Positions 23,781-37,295 are shown, numbered from the stretch's first letter. The stretch: DNA of 64,000 nucleotides from Hydrolagus colliei (GCA_035084275.1 CM068756.1:8990001-9054000), one strand, 5' to 3'. A program made the numbers and translations. The notes: generated from the sequence alone by a model not told the origin.

Positions 23781-24139
23781 CACATTTAATGGTGACCTAT
23801 TCAGAAAGATCGAAAGCAATAGAAATCTAAAGGTGTTGTTTCATAACAAAGAAGCGAACATTTTCAAAATATACTTTTTTTTCAAACCTCTGGAAATACA
23901 TTTTGATTACGAAAGGGCATTGTGTACCTAAATTGGCATTTTAAATACAAATTCTTAATCGTTTTGAAAAGGAGAAATTCAAATGATGACTATTACTATG
24001 TACTGGATATTTAAAAAGGTAAAATCGGACTGAGCAATAGAGCAGTGTGATAAATGAGGGGCTGATGGAGAGTTTGGAAGGGCACAGTACAGTTTAAAAG
24101 AATAAATAATGTAAGGCGCTGATAGAGTGACTTGTTATG

Positions 24140-24410
24140 GAGCCGTTGGGGCTATAATTGACTTCAACGCCCTCAGGTTAAGGAGATGAAAATCAGACAG
24201 GGCTCCTGTTCCTGATTGTTAACCAGAGATTCCTGCTGGAAGGTGTGTGAGGGTGGACGTTGAAAAAACAAGGACCAGGTTTAGCTGTGTTTCCCTCTGT
24301 GGTTAAATAGGCTGCAAATACCTGTGGTCAAGGTTCACATGTGAATAACGGTCACCTTGGCAAGATACTGGAGGATGACTCCTGTAGAACAATAAAACCA
24401 TCAGACACCT
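24140..24410 (+). mobile_element. AmnSINE2-like SINE body
   Basis: GCTATAATTG...GAAAATCAGACAGGGCTCCTGTTCCTGAT...CCTGCTGGAAGGTGTG...GGTCACCTTGGCAAGATACTGGAGG. Family name is from a recalled consensus. Confidence 0.65.
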
Positions 24411-24691
24411 TGAATTTCCTATCTCAGCCAGAACTATCTAAGGGAGTGTTGTTGAAAAGAGGGATACAAGGCTGGTTTGTGCTCTCCCGGGTGCAAATTT
24501 ATGTGAGTGAATAGTTATTTTTGCTCCCTTTGGTAAGTTTTGAGAATTAGGCCCCTGTTAATTTATTTCGGATGTCATCCACTCAGTAAACAAATATGAA
24601 TTGATTGATATTTGCTCGTTTCATGCCATGATTACCACTCTGCATTGATGCCACTGCAGGTATATGAATATAACTTGCATATCTTGTATAT

Positions 24692-24804
24692 ATCGCTCAC
24701 AAAATATAACACTTTCCAATGTATTCTGTGAAGGGCTTTAAGACTTCTCAACGACGTGATAAGGGGCAATATCAAATGCAAGGATTATTATTATTATTAT
24801 TATT
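24692..24804 (+). mobile_element. tRNA-Deu-L2 SINE tail with (ATT)n
   Basis: TATTCTGTGAAGGGCTTT...ATATCAAATGCAAGG(ATT)7. Confidence 0.85.
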
Positions 24805-25819
24805 GTCTTAAGGTATCAAGGGAACAAATACTTAAGGTTGAAAATACGCGCTCCCAACAGTCATGTTCACTTTGCTTCTGCTTCCTTTGAAGTGAGGGTA
24901 AATTTACATCAGGAAAATAAGCACATATCTTCTCTAAACAGACATTCTTATTAACATAGGTCTTATTAAGCAGCTGCTCTACAAACTAAAATACAATACT
25001 TTGAAAGCAGCATTTTACATTCTCAGAGTGGCAAACTGGTCAACTGACTTGTCCACCACAATATTTGTCAAGCACTTTTGAGATTTCTCACACATGAAGG
25101 TTGCTATATAAATGCAAATAACTCTTAAAACTTTTGCCCAAACGGGCTTTTACAGAAGCCAGACTCATCAATATGATCTTCCAGTAGAACGCTAACCTAA
25201 TTGCCACCCTAATTATTATTGCCTTCCACCTCTAACAACACCCAATTGTCTAGTTTAATGTTCACACTTTCTACTGCAGCAGATTCAATTCAGCAGTAAG
25301 TACATTTCTTGGCTGCTATGAGGGCGATTACAAATAATTATGGCACACATAGGAACTCATCATTAAGATGAAGATTAAACTTTGGCTTCATAGCCCTGAG
25401 GTAAAATTTTCTTATGACATGCAATATATTCAAAAGTAGTACCGGTAATAAAGAAAGAGATTGTTCAGCCTTTTCAGAAGCAAATAAATCATCAGCTCTT
25501 TGAGGTTTGCGTGGTTTCATAAACTCTTAATTTTGCGTTAGTAACCAGAAGTCCTAAACTATGATTAAAAGCAGATTATAGAAAGATCATCATATAATGT
25601 ATATTAAAATTCTGTACATTATTAACAATAATTTAACCTTGTTACTCATCACCATGAGGTGGCATGTTAGTTGAAACACCTTTATTATTTCTAATGCATT
25701 TTGTGTATCTGCTACATCATAAACAATTGCAGTGTTTGAAAGTGACTGTTCGGTATATTTAGTGAAATAATGTCTAGTTTAATATTGAACAATTTCTTAT
25801 CCATTTTATCTTTTATTAT

Positions 25820-26108
25820 CTTCAGATGAGACATTAAACTGAGGTACCATCTGCCTGTTCAGGTGGACGTTAAAGATCCTATAGCACTATTCGAAAAGAT
25901 AAGGGAGATTGTCCCAGTGTCCAACAATCCCCAAATTAAATTTGTCAATCGTTCCATGGCTGTTTGTGGAACGTTGCTGTACACAAACTGGCTTCAGTGT
26001 TTCGTCCACAAAATACACAGTCAATCCACTTTGCAGTAGATCCTGTGAAGTGCTTTGAGACGACTCAACCATGTGTTAACGTGTACTATCAATACTACAA
26101 TTATTATT
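25820..26108 (+). mobile_element. Older Deu-SINE retaining the long Deu domain (SacSINE1/AmnSINE1-like)
   Basis: TTCAGATGAGACATTAAACTGAGG..CAGGTGGACGTTAAAGATCC.ATAGCACTATTCGAA is the characteristic Deu core, followed by the shared tail. Confidence 0.8.
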
Positions 26109-26461
26109 AACTCTTTATTTCCTTCTTTTTGAAATTTTCGTCTCTGCACTGCCACAGCTGCTCAGAAGCATCACACAACACTTCCCCCAGGGAGCCAGGG
26201 AGGTTGCACATTGATACACAAAGTCAGGTTACCCCAGTTATCCCATAACTTGACCCAAGGAGGTGTTTGCCAGTGAAATGGACAATCAATCTCCTTCGTA
26301 ACTGCATCACACAGACCCCAGAATCCTATTCAGAATGTTAGTTAATAATCAGTATATTTAACTAGTTAATCACTAATTACCAGGGTATTTGAGTGTTATT
26401 CACCCAATACTTGAAGCAAATGTTTGAGGTGAGAGCAGCAAAATTTCTGTACTGTACAACC

Positions 26462-26640
26462 AAATTATTTGGTCATTATAATTAAGATCATTTGTGGGAC
26501 ACTGCTGTGCACAATTTGCTGCCGCGTTTCGCTCGCAAAATATATAGTCAAATCACTTTACAGTATATTCTGTGAAGCCCTTTGAGACATCTTGAAGAAG
26601 TGATAAGACGCTATATCAAATGCAAGGATTATTATTATTT
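26462..26640 (+). mobile_element. 5'-truncated tRNA-Deu-L2 SINE
   Basis: Deu segment, tail and (ATT)n. Confidence 0.9.
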
Positions 26641-28747
26641 TATAATATTAAATAGAATATCTCCTTTTTACACTAAATATAATTCTTCATCCCAAAGCAA
26701 AGTCTTTTCCTGTGAAATAACCAGATAAAATTATGCAATCTATAGCTTGTCCTCATTGATTTTCTTTCCAATAAATTTCAAATTCTGTCCTTGCCACACA
26801 TCAGACTAGATTACTACAGAGACGTAAGTAACCATCATACCGTGACAAATGGTCTGGAATACATATGATGCTATTTGCAAATGCAGACCGTGGCACGCTG
26901 TTAGTCTTTAATTATAATGGCCTTAGCAGTTTGGTACTTCTTGCCTCCTTTATTTATTGGCAGATTGGTTTGTGTCTGAGAGAAATAGTCTATGGTGAGG
27001 CACTTTGTACTTGAAGAGTTCATTTTAAATATTAGACCAGTCTAGTTTGTTGCATCCTGCAGTTCATCCATCTTGAAAGATTCTGGGATGAGAATTTTTT
27101 TCCCCCCCCCACTCTTGTTATTGCTGTTTACCCTCTCTGCTCACTCCTTTTCCAGCTTGTTATGAGATTTTCTTTCTATTGAGCGGGAGTCAGTTAACAG
27201 ACCATATTGCCAGTGAAGGTGCATCGTTTGTTGCCTGTTCTGGCAAAGCTGGGCAGTCAGCTGGGATGTAATTAAGACTCTGAGAACAGGCTGTCTTCTC
27301 CGCAGGAAGAGCATGTTAGATGTTGTTGGGATTCAGTGCTGTCAGCTCGTCTGAGGCTGGGGGCTTTGTGCTTGGGACAGAATAATTTCCTTTCCCTTGT
27401 TCTTTTTTAGTTACTTTATATCTGATTAGCGTTCTCCGATTTGCACTTTACTGAATTCTCCTAACCGGTAGCTGCTGTTTCAGAGTATCAGCTCTAAATT
27501 TGCATTTTGGAGATACACATTTTAGTAAATTTTTAAATAGCGTGAAATTTCGAAAGTGAATTATGTATAGAGCAAAGCAGACAGATTTCTAGTTAAATCC
27601 CCAAACTTTTTGTCAAGACCATCTTTTTTTTACATTAAAAAGGCAAATAGACTAAATGGACTAAAACAGTTTTAATTTTTAACACTTTTGCTGAACTATG
27701 GGAATCGGTAATTGACAGATGTAACTGACATTAGAATAATTGGTTTAATCCACGAGACAGCCATTTCTGACTGTTGTGCCTTCACGGTTACGGTCTACAC
27801 ATACTAAGATTTTTTTAAAACGAGGGAAAGAATTATTAAATTATTTAAATTGTGCTCCTTGAAATGGAATGTGTGGACGAGAGGTCCTCTGTAAACTGGA
27901 TTGATTATCACAGCTCAAGTCAGAAACATAATCAGCCTGTGAAAATGTTCAGAGCTTATTTTTAATCGAGCGGATGACCTGCCTGTAACACGGCTGCAGT
28001 TTTTTGGATGTGACTGCATGCGTTTGAAGTGAAGGGCATGTCCACTTCTGCGCCTGATTCCACTGCACGCAGGGTGTGTGCTTGTAGGTGACAAACTCCT
28101 AGCATGCCATGTGCGAGCTTATATCCTGCAGGGTCATGGGTTGACAACCAGGCAACTTTGCTTTGCACCATATGTCATCTGCACTTTACCAAGACGACGG
28201 GGTATGGCACTGATAAAGCTGCACTACCACTGCTACCGTTTTGACAGCCCCATTATTGCTTATTGCTGTAAAAAAAATCAGATTTATTCATATCTAATTT
28301 CATGCAACAACTTCTTAAAAATTAATTTCATTAAACTAACCTTTTTGGCTTTTACTGTTGAGAACTGATCCATGTGTATAGCATTCCACCATTTGACTTT
28401 TTTTTCCTTCCAGAAATCAGACTAAAATCGATAGTTCCCTTCAGCTTGCTTTTATTTACTCTAAATTAAAGAGCAGGGAAATAAATATTTTATGTAACCG
28501 GTCATACTTTGCATATGGTATCGTGCATCTGCTGTTTGTGGTCAGAAATAAGAGAGTATCCTGTTTAATAATTTACAAGTAGGTAATTGTAACACACCCA
28601 TGATGGAAATGAAACGTGCAATGGGAAACATGGACAATGTCTTTGCTGTGAAATGAATTGCCAATTCATTAAAACATTTTGCATCTAAACAAAAAACAAT
28701 GATTGAATCCCAAGAGGTGAGCTTGGACAATATTACACCATTGTCTG

Positions 28748-28873
28748 GTAATAATAGTAATAATAATCCCCACATTTGATGTAGAGCCTTATCACATTGT
28801 TGAGACATCTTAAAGTGCATCACGGAATATATACTGTCAAGTAAATTGACTGTATATTTTGTAGGCGATATGT
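28748..28873 (-). mobile_element. tRNA-Deu-L2 SINE 3' fragment
   Basis: Reverse-strand tail with (AAT)n. Confidence 0.8.
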
Positions 28874-30769
28874 ACTACAACCTTTGGCTTTCTTTAGCTG
28901 CATGCCAACCCTTCAATGATTCAGCCATTGTAAGCATACCTGGCGTGTAAAGAAACCTCAGTGAAGCTCCTGACTGCAGACACTAGCTGAGTCAGCAGAG
29001 GAAAGATCAGCGGTTAGTGCTGAACCACTGTTACGCGATGAGAAACATTCACTGCAAGCGTCTCCACAACAACCCAGCAGTTGAGTGATTTGCTGAACCT
29101 TGAACTTGGACCCACATTCAAGAATGCCACTTAAATATAATCTCTTTGTCAACACCCAAGGTTCACTTCAGATGTTTGCTATGTGTGTTACTTCTTTTTC
29201 TGAAGGCTTCACTTCTGCTATTCCAAAACCACAACAGTGTTTGCCATTTTGCCTCTGAGCTGTGATATTGTATCGCTGAAGAATAGATTTTGTTCTGTGT
29301 GCAGTACTGTATATAGTTTATTTTCTTCATCCCCTTAGACTTCTTGAGGTCAGTCCCTTAATAAAAGGGAACTAACTAACAACCTCCTCATTTAAATCAA
29401 TTATCTAGCTCATTCTTTTCCTCCTCCTGGATTCACGTTGAAGCAATCTAGATACCACCACCTCTTTGCTTTAAACCTGCCCACCAGCATGAGATATTTG
29501 CTCTTCTGTCTATTATTTTGTTTATCCACACTTGCAATACCATAACTAGATTACCTCCCCTTCCTCTTCATTAGCTCATCAGTCCTGGGTCTAATATCTC
29601 CTACCTTTGCCCCTGGAAAACAGTCTATTGCCTTACTAATGTTATCATCTCTACAAAACTCGCTATCCACATACCTCACTATTGAGTTGCACTTATATAA
29701 AACTTTAAAGCACAGCTAAGATTTTCAGTGCCTACAATAACATGGAGCCAAATTGTAAAGTTTTATTGTATTATTGTTAAGTTATCTAATTCTATTCTTT
29801 ACCAGTAACTTTCAAGAGCTTGTTGCTAAACATTGCGTTATACGTGTCTTTTTTTATATAGTTTTTAGTATCGCCTCAGAGAAGTAATAATATCAGAATA
29901 TAATCAGACCCCTATTGAATTGTATGTAAACTATCTAGAACATAATGAAAATTAGGCGATTTGTCTCCATTATCCAGAATTAGCCACGACAATATTTAAC
30001 TTAATCCCATATATGTCTGCACTCTGTAGCGAGCATGTTTACAATGGAATTGAATAAAACAGATGGCAAAACAATTACCTTTGCTCGGCACCAGTAAGAA
30101 CAGTTCTGAGTATTTATTCTGTGTTTGGAATGTGTTCAGACTGATGACAGATAATACCTGAACCAGCTTGAGTAACTACTGGCAGTCATTCTCTGAAATC
30201 ACACATGAGGGCAGCAGGAAATGGTGCAGAGAAAATATCTACTATGAATCACATTGTGTCTTTTGGTTCTAAGAACAGTGTTAGCAATGAGCAGGGTGAG
30301 CATATGTGGATTGAAGCTTGTGTGCGTAGCTTCAGTAGTCTGTACGCCTTTGTATAAATGGAGCACGCAGTATGCAAGTGTCCCTTGGTACTTTCATAGT
30401 GATGACAGTTCCAAATTGAAGAAGTTCTTTTATTTGGGGTTTAAGAGCACCATTCTATTGTGTTGTGTTTGGTGCGGCTTTAACTACCTCGGTGACAACT
30501 TTAAAAGCTATGAAGTATTTTTCCAAGCTGTGTCTTGCTTTAAATTTTTTTTTGTGTGAGGATTTCAGATACAAACAGATAAGTGACATGAATTTTTTGT
30601 CAAGTGCAAGGAAAAATTAGTATCAGCAATTTTTTTAAAAAACTCAACTGTTTGCTGATTATTGACACAACTAATATTAGCACTAGAGACCAAATTATAC
30701 TTTTCTGAAAATAGAGAATTTTCCATTTACTGTGCGATTCTGCTGCTTTTTTTTGCCAAGCAATTAATT

Positions 30770-30960
30770 ACTTTGCCCCAAACCTCTGGAACTCTCTCCC
30801 TCTACCCTCTGTATCACCACCTATTTATTGGTCTTTAATTCCTGCCCCCAAGACCTACCAGTTTATTGTCCCCTCCTCCCTTGATAAGGGTTCAACCCTA
30901 TGCTTAGATGTTACCCCACATGCTGGACGATATATAAATTCAAGTTGTTGTTGAAGTTGT
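30770..30960 (+). mobile_element. L2 LINE 3' end
   Basis: GCCCCAAACCTCTGGAACTCTCTCCCT translates as APNLWNSLP; tail TATATAAATTCAAGTTGTTGTTG. Confidence 0.7.
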
Positions 30961-32274
30961 TTATTTGATGAGTCTGGTCCAGGGCACATTATTATTTCAT
31001 TTTGGCTGTTTCTGGAATGTACGATGCAGAAATCGGATAATAATTATACTGGTACGCTACTGGAGTACTAGATTAAATGAAACTTAGTAGCAGCTGCTAA
31101 AAAAAATCAATTGGCCAATATTTATTAAGAAAAACAAAGCACAGAAACTGAGCAAAATAACCAGCAACAGATGGATTTGAGAAAATCTCAGATTTTTGTA
31201 CTTTATTTTTAGTTAAAAGCATTGTAAATAATATTTCATGCCACGGCACAATGCTGCAGCTTTATTCGTTGACCCATCAATTGTTTGTATATTAAATAGT
31301 TTTAAAATAAGGTTTGATGCATTTTTTAATCTAAGAAATAATAAAGATTGAGAGATTCTCTGGCAGTGCTGTGCTGACAAATGTGTAGCATAAATCAGGG
31401 CTGAGTCAAGTTGAATCCTGACATCACCTGAAGGATGTAGTTCCGGGTAAATTTGATTTGCGCCCATGCAATTTAAATGTGGCTGCTGCAAATTACATAG
31501 TATTCGCACCCTGTGGTTTGTTATAATCTTGGACATCACAATAGATACTGTGAAAATATTTCAATAGTTAAAGAATTTATTGGCCAGTATTTGCAACCTG
31601 CGTTCCAATAACATTTAAAAAAAAAGTTTGGGCATTAAAAGTAAAAACGGCTCTACATGAGGTCAGAAGAGACTTCTGATTTAGTAATAGTTATTTAATA
31701 ATCTATTTAAACAGAGTGAGTAGACCTGGTTGCACTTTGGTAGGGAGGTCTGACTGGACAAGCAACAGGAAGCTTGCCACACAGTTCACTCAATGTATAT
31801 ATGGTTTGGGTTTTCATTAAACTCCAGCAGTGTCCCCAAAGCACACTCGAGTCACAGAGAGCTTCGGTGTGAAAAGCGATCAGTTTTGTCTTTTCCTGGA
31901 CTAGATCAGACAAGGTAGACAAGATCACCATTGTTTCGCAGGAATTGACAACTTGTTGAAATAGTTCATGGCATTAAAATTATTTCTATTGCTTTCAAAT
32001 TAAGTTTCTCTGACATGTAACTTTTAATTGTTATCTCGTTGCATATAAATTAGGTTAGATGAAAAGTACAAAAAGGTTGAGGGATGTTTGTGGGATTGGA
32101 AATCTGATCAATTTATAAACACTTTGATTTCTAATAGAATCATGACCTATTTGCTTATCCAGAAAAGGGACATCACAGAGTAAAATGAATGATAATTTCT
32201 TTGACCAGTCGTGGAGCTTTGTAAGGCCACTCGCAGGACAATTTATCGGTTTAGTAAACAGGGGAAAATGCAAT

Positions 32275-32720
32275 TTCAGTTTTAGTCACCACACCATGAG
32301 AAAGATATAGTTTCATTAGAAAAGAGCAACACGACTGATCCTGAGTGTAAAGGGAATGAGCTGTGAAGAAAGATTAGAGAAGCTTAAGCTTTGCCGTCTA
32401 GAAATATGGTGGTTCAGAAGGAACCTCATCGAAGTATATACAACATTAATGGTTCAGATAAGCTAATACTCAGAGTATCAAGGTAAGCCAAGAAAGTAGG
32501 ACCAGAGCACATAAATGGAAATTTGTGCAAGTAAATGTAGAATACATATCTGGAAAAATGTACGTCCTTCAGGGCAGATAAACATTTGGAATAATCGACC
32601 AAGGCAAGGCAATAGAGGTGTGGACATTGGATTATTCAAAGTTTGATCCGATTGATTCTCTGTTTTCATCCTCTTTTCTGTTTCCCTCAATGTCCCTCAT
32701 GTTGGTTTGGAATTCTTTCC
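32275..32720 (+). mobile_element. CR1 LINE ORF2 C-terminal fragment
   Basis: Decayed QF*SPHHEKDI..LE, GMSCEERLEKL, R.NLIEVY and IWN. motifs of CR1 ORF2. Confidence 0.75.
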
Positions 32721-33234
32721 ACACTCCATGGATTAATTTACTGAGACTGAGGGTCCCCAAGTCAAGAGCCCTGTCATGTATACAGTACTTTAGTTGTAGA
32801 CATTGAGTTTTATTGTTGGATTTATTTGAGTTGCATAAAACTCAAATAAGCAGCTCTTCAATTGGTGCCAATGTTCTTATTATGTGTAATTCTTGACATA
32901 ATTGGAATTTTTATTTTCTATCGAGAAGCAATTTGACGATACATCCTATCTGAAGTCTTTATCATTTTTTTTATTTGCTGTTAAAAGGCAATCAGGGATA
33001 CATCAATGTGATCCTTCCAATGATTGATATTGTCAAAATACAAAGCCAAAATGAGCCATGAAATTGGCTATTGCACCCTGCATAATAGTAGAGTACATCA
33101 CCAGGATCACAAGCTCTGCCAATAATTGTGTCAGCCACTGACTCTCCATAAGTCACTGCTGTCAACACAACAATTTACCCCCTCTTGAAACCATCTGGGA
33201 TTTTTCGTTACGTCCCTTCACTTTTCTCTCCATC

Positions 33235-33530
33235 GCTCCTGCAGGCACCAGCCAATGCTGGGGTGTGATCCCACAGGAGCCTGCTACTCTCTGGTACCTT
33301 GTGGCCCATGTGGCTGTGTTGTTTAATGTGTAAGCCCTGAGGGTTAGCTTCTGCAAGCTTTTCGACCGTGACTATCAAACTGAGATCAATGCTGTCCTCA
33401 CCCGGTGTCCACATGTGCATTTAGAATCCCCAGGGATTCTGAAGCAAACTAATGCTGCTCCCTGCTCAGCTGAGGTAAGCTAACTCACCACAGGACTTGG
33501 GACTTCCTTGTTGGTACAAGTAGTTCTGCA
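33235..33530 (-). mobile_element. AmnSINE2-like SINE
   Basis: TGCTGGGGTG..TCCCACAGG, TTCGACCGTG, CTGTCCTCACCCG.TGTCCAC and GCTGAGGTAAGCTAACTCA match the reverse consensus. Confidence 0.65.
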
Positions 33531-34240
33531 ACTGAACTATTGGAGCACTATCTTGAATTCTTAACATTCCCGCTAACTGCTGACAGTTTTTTTTAAAAAA
33601 ACACACAAACACTATAAGGCATGAAAATCCTTATTTGCCAAAAGCGTCAATTTACACTTTACATATTCACAATACCCAATTAAGTATTTTTTTCAGGTTT
33701 CAATGAGTGTCTGTCTATATGCTAGAATATGATGCTGGTGTGTCAAATCAGAAGATGCTTCTGCACAGCTTTAATTCAGATAAAAGGCTCTGTTTCTCCC
33801 TCAGGTGAGGCTGGACTGAATTATTCAAGTTTCCTAGAGTTTTTTAATGGTCATATTCCAACAGTAAAGTACCCAATCTGCACTACTCTTGAGAAGACTC
33901 TCTTCTTGGCTTTTGTATGTAAACTTTGGTCTAAATAAAGCAAAGAATTTACAGCTCTGTCACTGACTTACTCTCAGCTCATCGCTATGGGGCAGTTAAC
34001 CAGCTCCCCACTGGTCAAATCTAGGTTGGTTCAAAATAGCAGTGTCAGAGATTGGCCATGGTATCACTCTGTGTGTGAGTCTGTGTATAGTCTGGAGAAT
34101 GAGCGATAAGTAAATCATTAATATTATTCAAAATTGTACATTGTGATGCAGATTATTCAACTGCAGAGGGTGTTTTAATATTCTTATTACTCTCCATCAT
34201 ATATCAAGCCTCTCGGTTGAGAGAAAAATGGTTGCCATAA

Positions 34241-34372
34241 ATAATAATAATCCTTGCATTTGATATAGCGCTTTTCACATCTTATCAACGTCTCAAAACG
34301 CTTCACAGAATATACTGTAAAGTGAACTGACTGTATATTTGTGGGCGAAACGCAGCAGCCAATTGCGCATAG
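34241..34372 (-). mobile_element. Young tRNA-Deu-L2 SINE 3' half
   Basis: Highly similar to the reverse complement of the 36329 and 41611 copies. Confidence 0.92.
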
Positions 34373-35617
34373 AATATTGTGATATTCTCCTTAACAGAAA
34401 AAAAAAATCAATTCCCATAGATCCTGGAGAATACCACGCTCCTTAAGAAATGGACAAAGTGGTATGAATCTTTAATTTTATTGCTTGTCACAGAAAGATT
34501 GACATTTTATTTGAACTTCCTTGCTGGCCACTGTTGGCATGGAATGATGTTCTTATCACTTCATTTCCATGCATCCAAGTTTAGAACAATTGCCATAAAA
34601 GACCTGAATACGGCAGAATAATTGCAGTAACAGGCAGGAATATAAGCAGCTTTGATCACAGTGCTCTCGTTGTGTGAGTCATCTCTCATCACCATGACAT
34701 CTTTTACTTTAACAGCATTTATCAAAAAGACAATTCCCTTCTCATTGTCCTATTTTAGTTTTTAAACTGCATATATTATCTCTGTTTGAATTTCTGCCAT
34801 TTCATCAAATAATTTTGCTTTACAAAAGGAACAAAAAAAAGTATCACTGCTGAAATTACCTGTCTTTTTATCTACCTTCCCATATTCTTATGTTGAGATA
34901 TTAGGGGTTGATTTTAATTGAATTCCCTCTTCAGTATCACTTCTGTTTCTATCTGTTCACAAGAGCACAGTTCCAGAAAGCGAATTTAGATTTGCCTGAT
35001 TTTCAGGCTAACAGAACTCTGTTGCTGATTCTCTGCCAATATTTGCATTCAAACTTCCAAATTCACTTTGTTTCTAAGATTTTGAGATCCGGAGGACAAT
35101 CACAGACACCAACCAAGTCTGTCAGTGGTAATTAAGATGTGACCGTGTAAAAATTACACTGACAGCAAATCTCTGACAGTAGTTGGCAAGTTCGAGCTGG
35201 TATTGCACCTGTAACTGTAACTGAATCTATTATGTTTTGAAGTGCCAGGAAAGAGGATCATTATGCACAAGGTGATTCTTCTGCATAATTTGCTGCAGTA
35301 TTTCTTCTAGCGATTTACTTATCACTGATCTCTTTGCATTATTCTCTCCCTTTACTTTTCGAATGGTTGCCTTGTCCAATTCAAGGGTAGAAATACCACA
35401 AGGGTCCAAATTTACTTCCATGTTGAGTGAATCCATTCACTTCCTACTTTCTTAGGGTTGCAGAGCATCCAGAATTGGGCTAATTCTTACACTCAGTCTT
35501 ATCGCCCAGCTACAAATTGGTCATTTACTCCATACTGACTGATGCTTTTGCACAGACAAAAATGCAATAGCGCTACACTTCGCAGCAAATCGTAAATTAT
35601 CCCTCTGGTGTGAAACA

Positions 35618-35655
35618 CAGCAGCAGCAACAACAACAACAACAACAACAACAACA
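35618..35655. repeat. (CAG)n(CAA)n microsatellite
   Basis: Read directly from the sequence. Confidence 0.95.
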
Positions 35656-36328
35656 CATTGTCAAACAAAAAGATTATTATCACTAATATCTTTGAAGCTG
35701 ATTTTCTATAAATTCTTTTAAAAAGTACAAATAAATTTGGCAGTTAAGACTAAATTCAACAGTTTCCATGAATAGGCAGTGAAGACCAGGCCAGAGAAAT
35801 TGGCTCTATCCCCCTGGCCCCCCCACTCCCCTCTCCTTTCCTGTTGAGAAGCCAAACAGTTTATGTGCAGAGAGCACATTCTGAGAAATGTTGTGGATTG
35901 TGTTTTCCCAGTTTGTGGACACTGGGCATTACCTGTGTGTAACCTCTCCGTTCTTACAGCTTGATACACCATGCATATCATCAAGCATATCTTGAAATCA
36001 AAAAATGTTTTTTGTGTGGGGGTCTGCAATACAATACTGTACAGCAAACAAAGCGAATTTATGAAATGCAGATTACAGTGTTGATGAAGCAAAAGGTTTG
36101 TATTACCACATCTTGGCTTGATACAGTCGGTAATACAGTAATATTTTAGCAATATATTTTAAAAATTGTGGCACAATACCCCAAACTGTAAGGCTTACCC
36201 AACTAATTATATCCCTGTTATTTGATGTCCTCTACCATCTTTGCTGTTTGCAAATTCTTCCCACTTCAAAATAACTATATGACTGATAATACTGCTGGTC
36301 CTCTCCTAGCCACTATTAGCCACTCCTA

Positions 36329-36624
36329 GCCTTACAAGCGTGAGACCTGTGTTCGAATCCAGGCAGATCAGAGCGAAACCTTGGGCAAGTTTCCTTACTC
36401 CACACGCCTAATAATAATCCCTCCAAAAAAGCCACAATGATAAAATTGGTCATTTCAATCCATGACTGTTTGTGAGACACAGCTGTGCGCAATTGGCTGC
36501 CGTGTTTCGCCCAAAATATACCGTCAATTCACTTTACAGTATATTGTGTGAAGCGTTTTGAGACATTGATAAGATGTGAAAAACGCTATTTGAAAATGCA
36601 AGGATTATTATTATATTATTATTA
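36329..36624 (+). mobile_element. tRNA-Deu-L2 SINE lacking the A box
   Basis: B box GTTCGAATCC, linker, Deu segment and tail. The 5' end is replaced by TAGCCACT micro-repeats. Confidence 0.92.
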
Positions 36625-37049
36625 GCTCAGGAACCTGGAGTATTAATAGTAACAGAGTTCATATCCCTGATATTTTACATCATATGTCCCTACTACGTAA
36701 ATCATTCGTCTCAAATGCTGCCTATTTAAACTGAGGTTACCCTTATTTACTTTGTGTTTTGTGGACAAGTATGTGGCAACAGTAGATGACAAAACTTTGA
36801 AAAGGTAGCAAAATAGTTTAAAAACAACACAGGCTTTGAAGTTTAAAGGAATGACTGTGGTTCATTGCTTGAAATATTGCTTTTAACTTTGGGGCTAGAC
36901 AGTCCACTGCTGGTTTAGGCTTTGGTCCACCCAAGAACACTGCAACACTGTCTGACCACTCACTTCACATTTATAGTAAAGACTCTTGGATACGTCTCAT
37001 TCACTCACCTACCCCTCACCACAGAAATCTCACTGTCCACTCACTTCAC

Positions 37050-37225
37050 TTTCACAGAAAGCACACTCACTGCTTGGTCACTCAGCTCTCTTTGCATTGT
37101 CCTGACAGCTTCCTCTGATTCCAGTCTCCTCTAACTTAATGCCATCTGCAAATTTAACTATCCTGAACAGACTCTGCAAATTCAGTTTGTTGATGTAAAC
37201 AAGGAACAGACTGTGTGCAGCATGA
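37050..37225 (-). mobile_element. CR1 reverse-transcriptase fragment
   Basis: Minus strand reads SLFLVYINKLNLQSLFRIVKFADGIKL, a decayed LF.IYINDL...KFADDTKL motif. Confidence 0.75.
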
Positions 37226-37295
37226 ATACATACTCATTGCCTCTATTTTCAGCAAGCTGCCTTTGTTTTTTCCTAAAACAAATCAATCTCTTAAC

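Noticed and set aside
28034-28043. p53-type half-site GGGCATGTCC
   Set aside because: It is a single decamer with no properly spaced second half-site.
32050-32260. Possible inverted CR1 segment (twin priming) next to the 32275 CR1
   Set aside because: Similarity of the minus-strand translation to CR1 ORF2 is too weak to call by eye.
35718-36152. Longest ORF (144 aa, minus strand)
   Set aside because: It has no recognisable domain or splice support; its composition is that of random AT-rich DNA.
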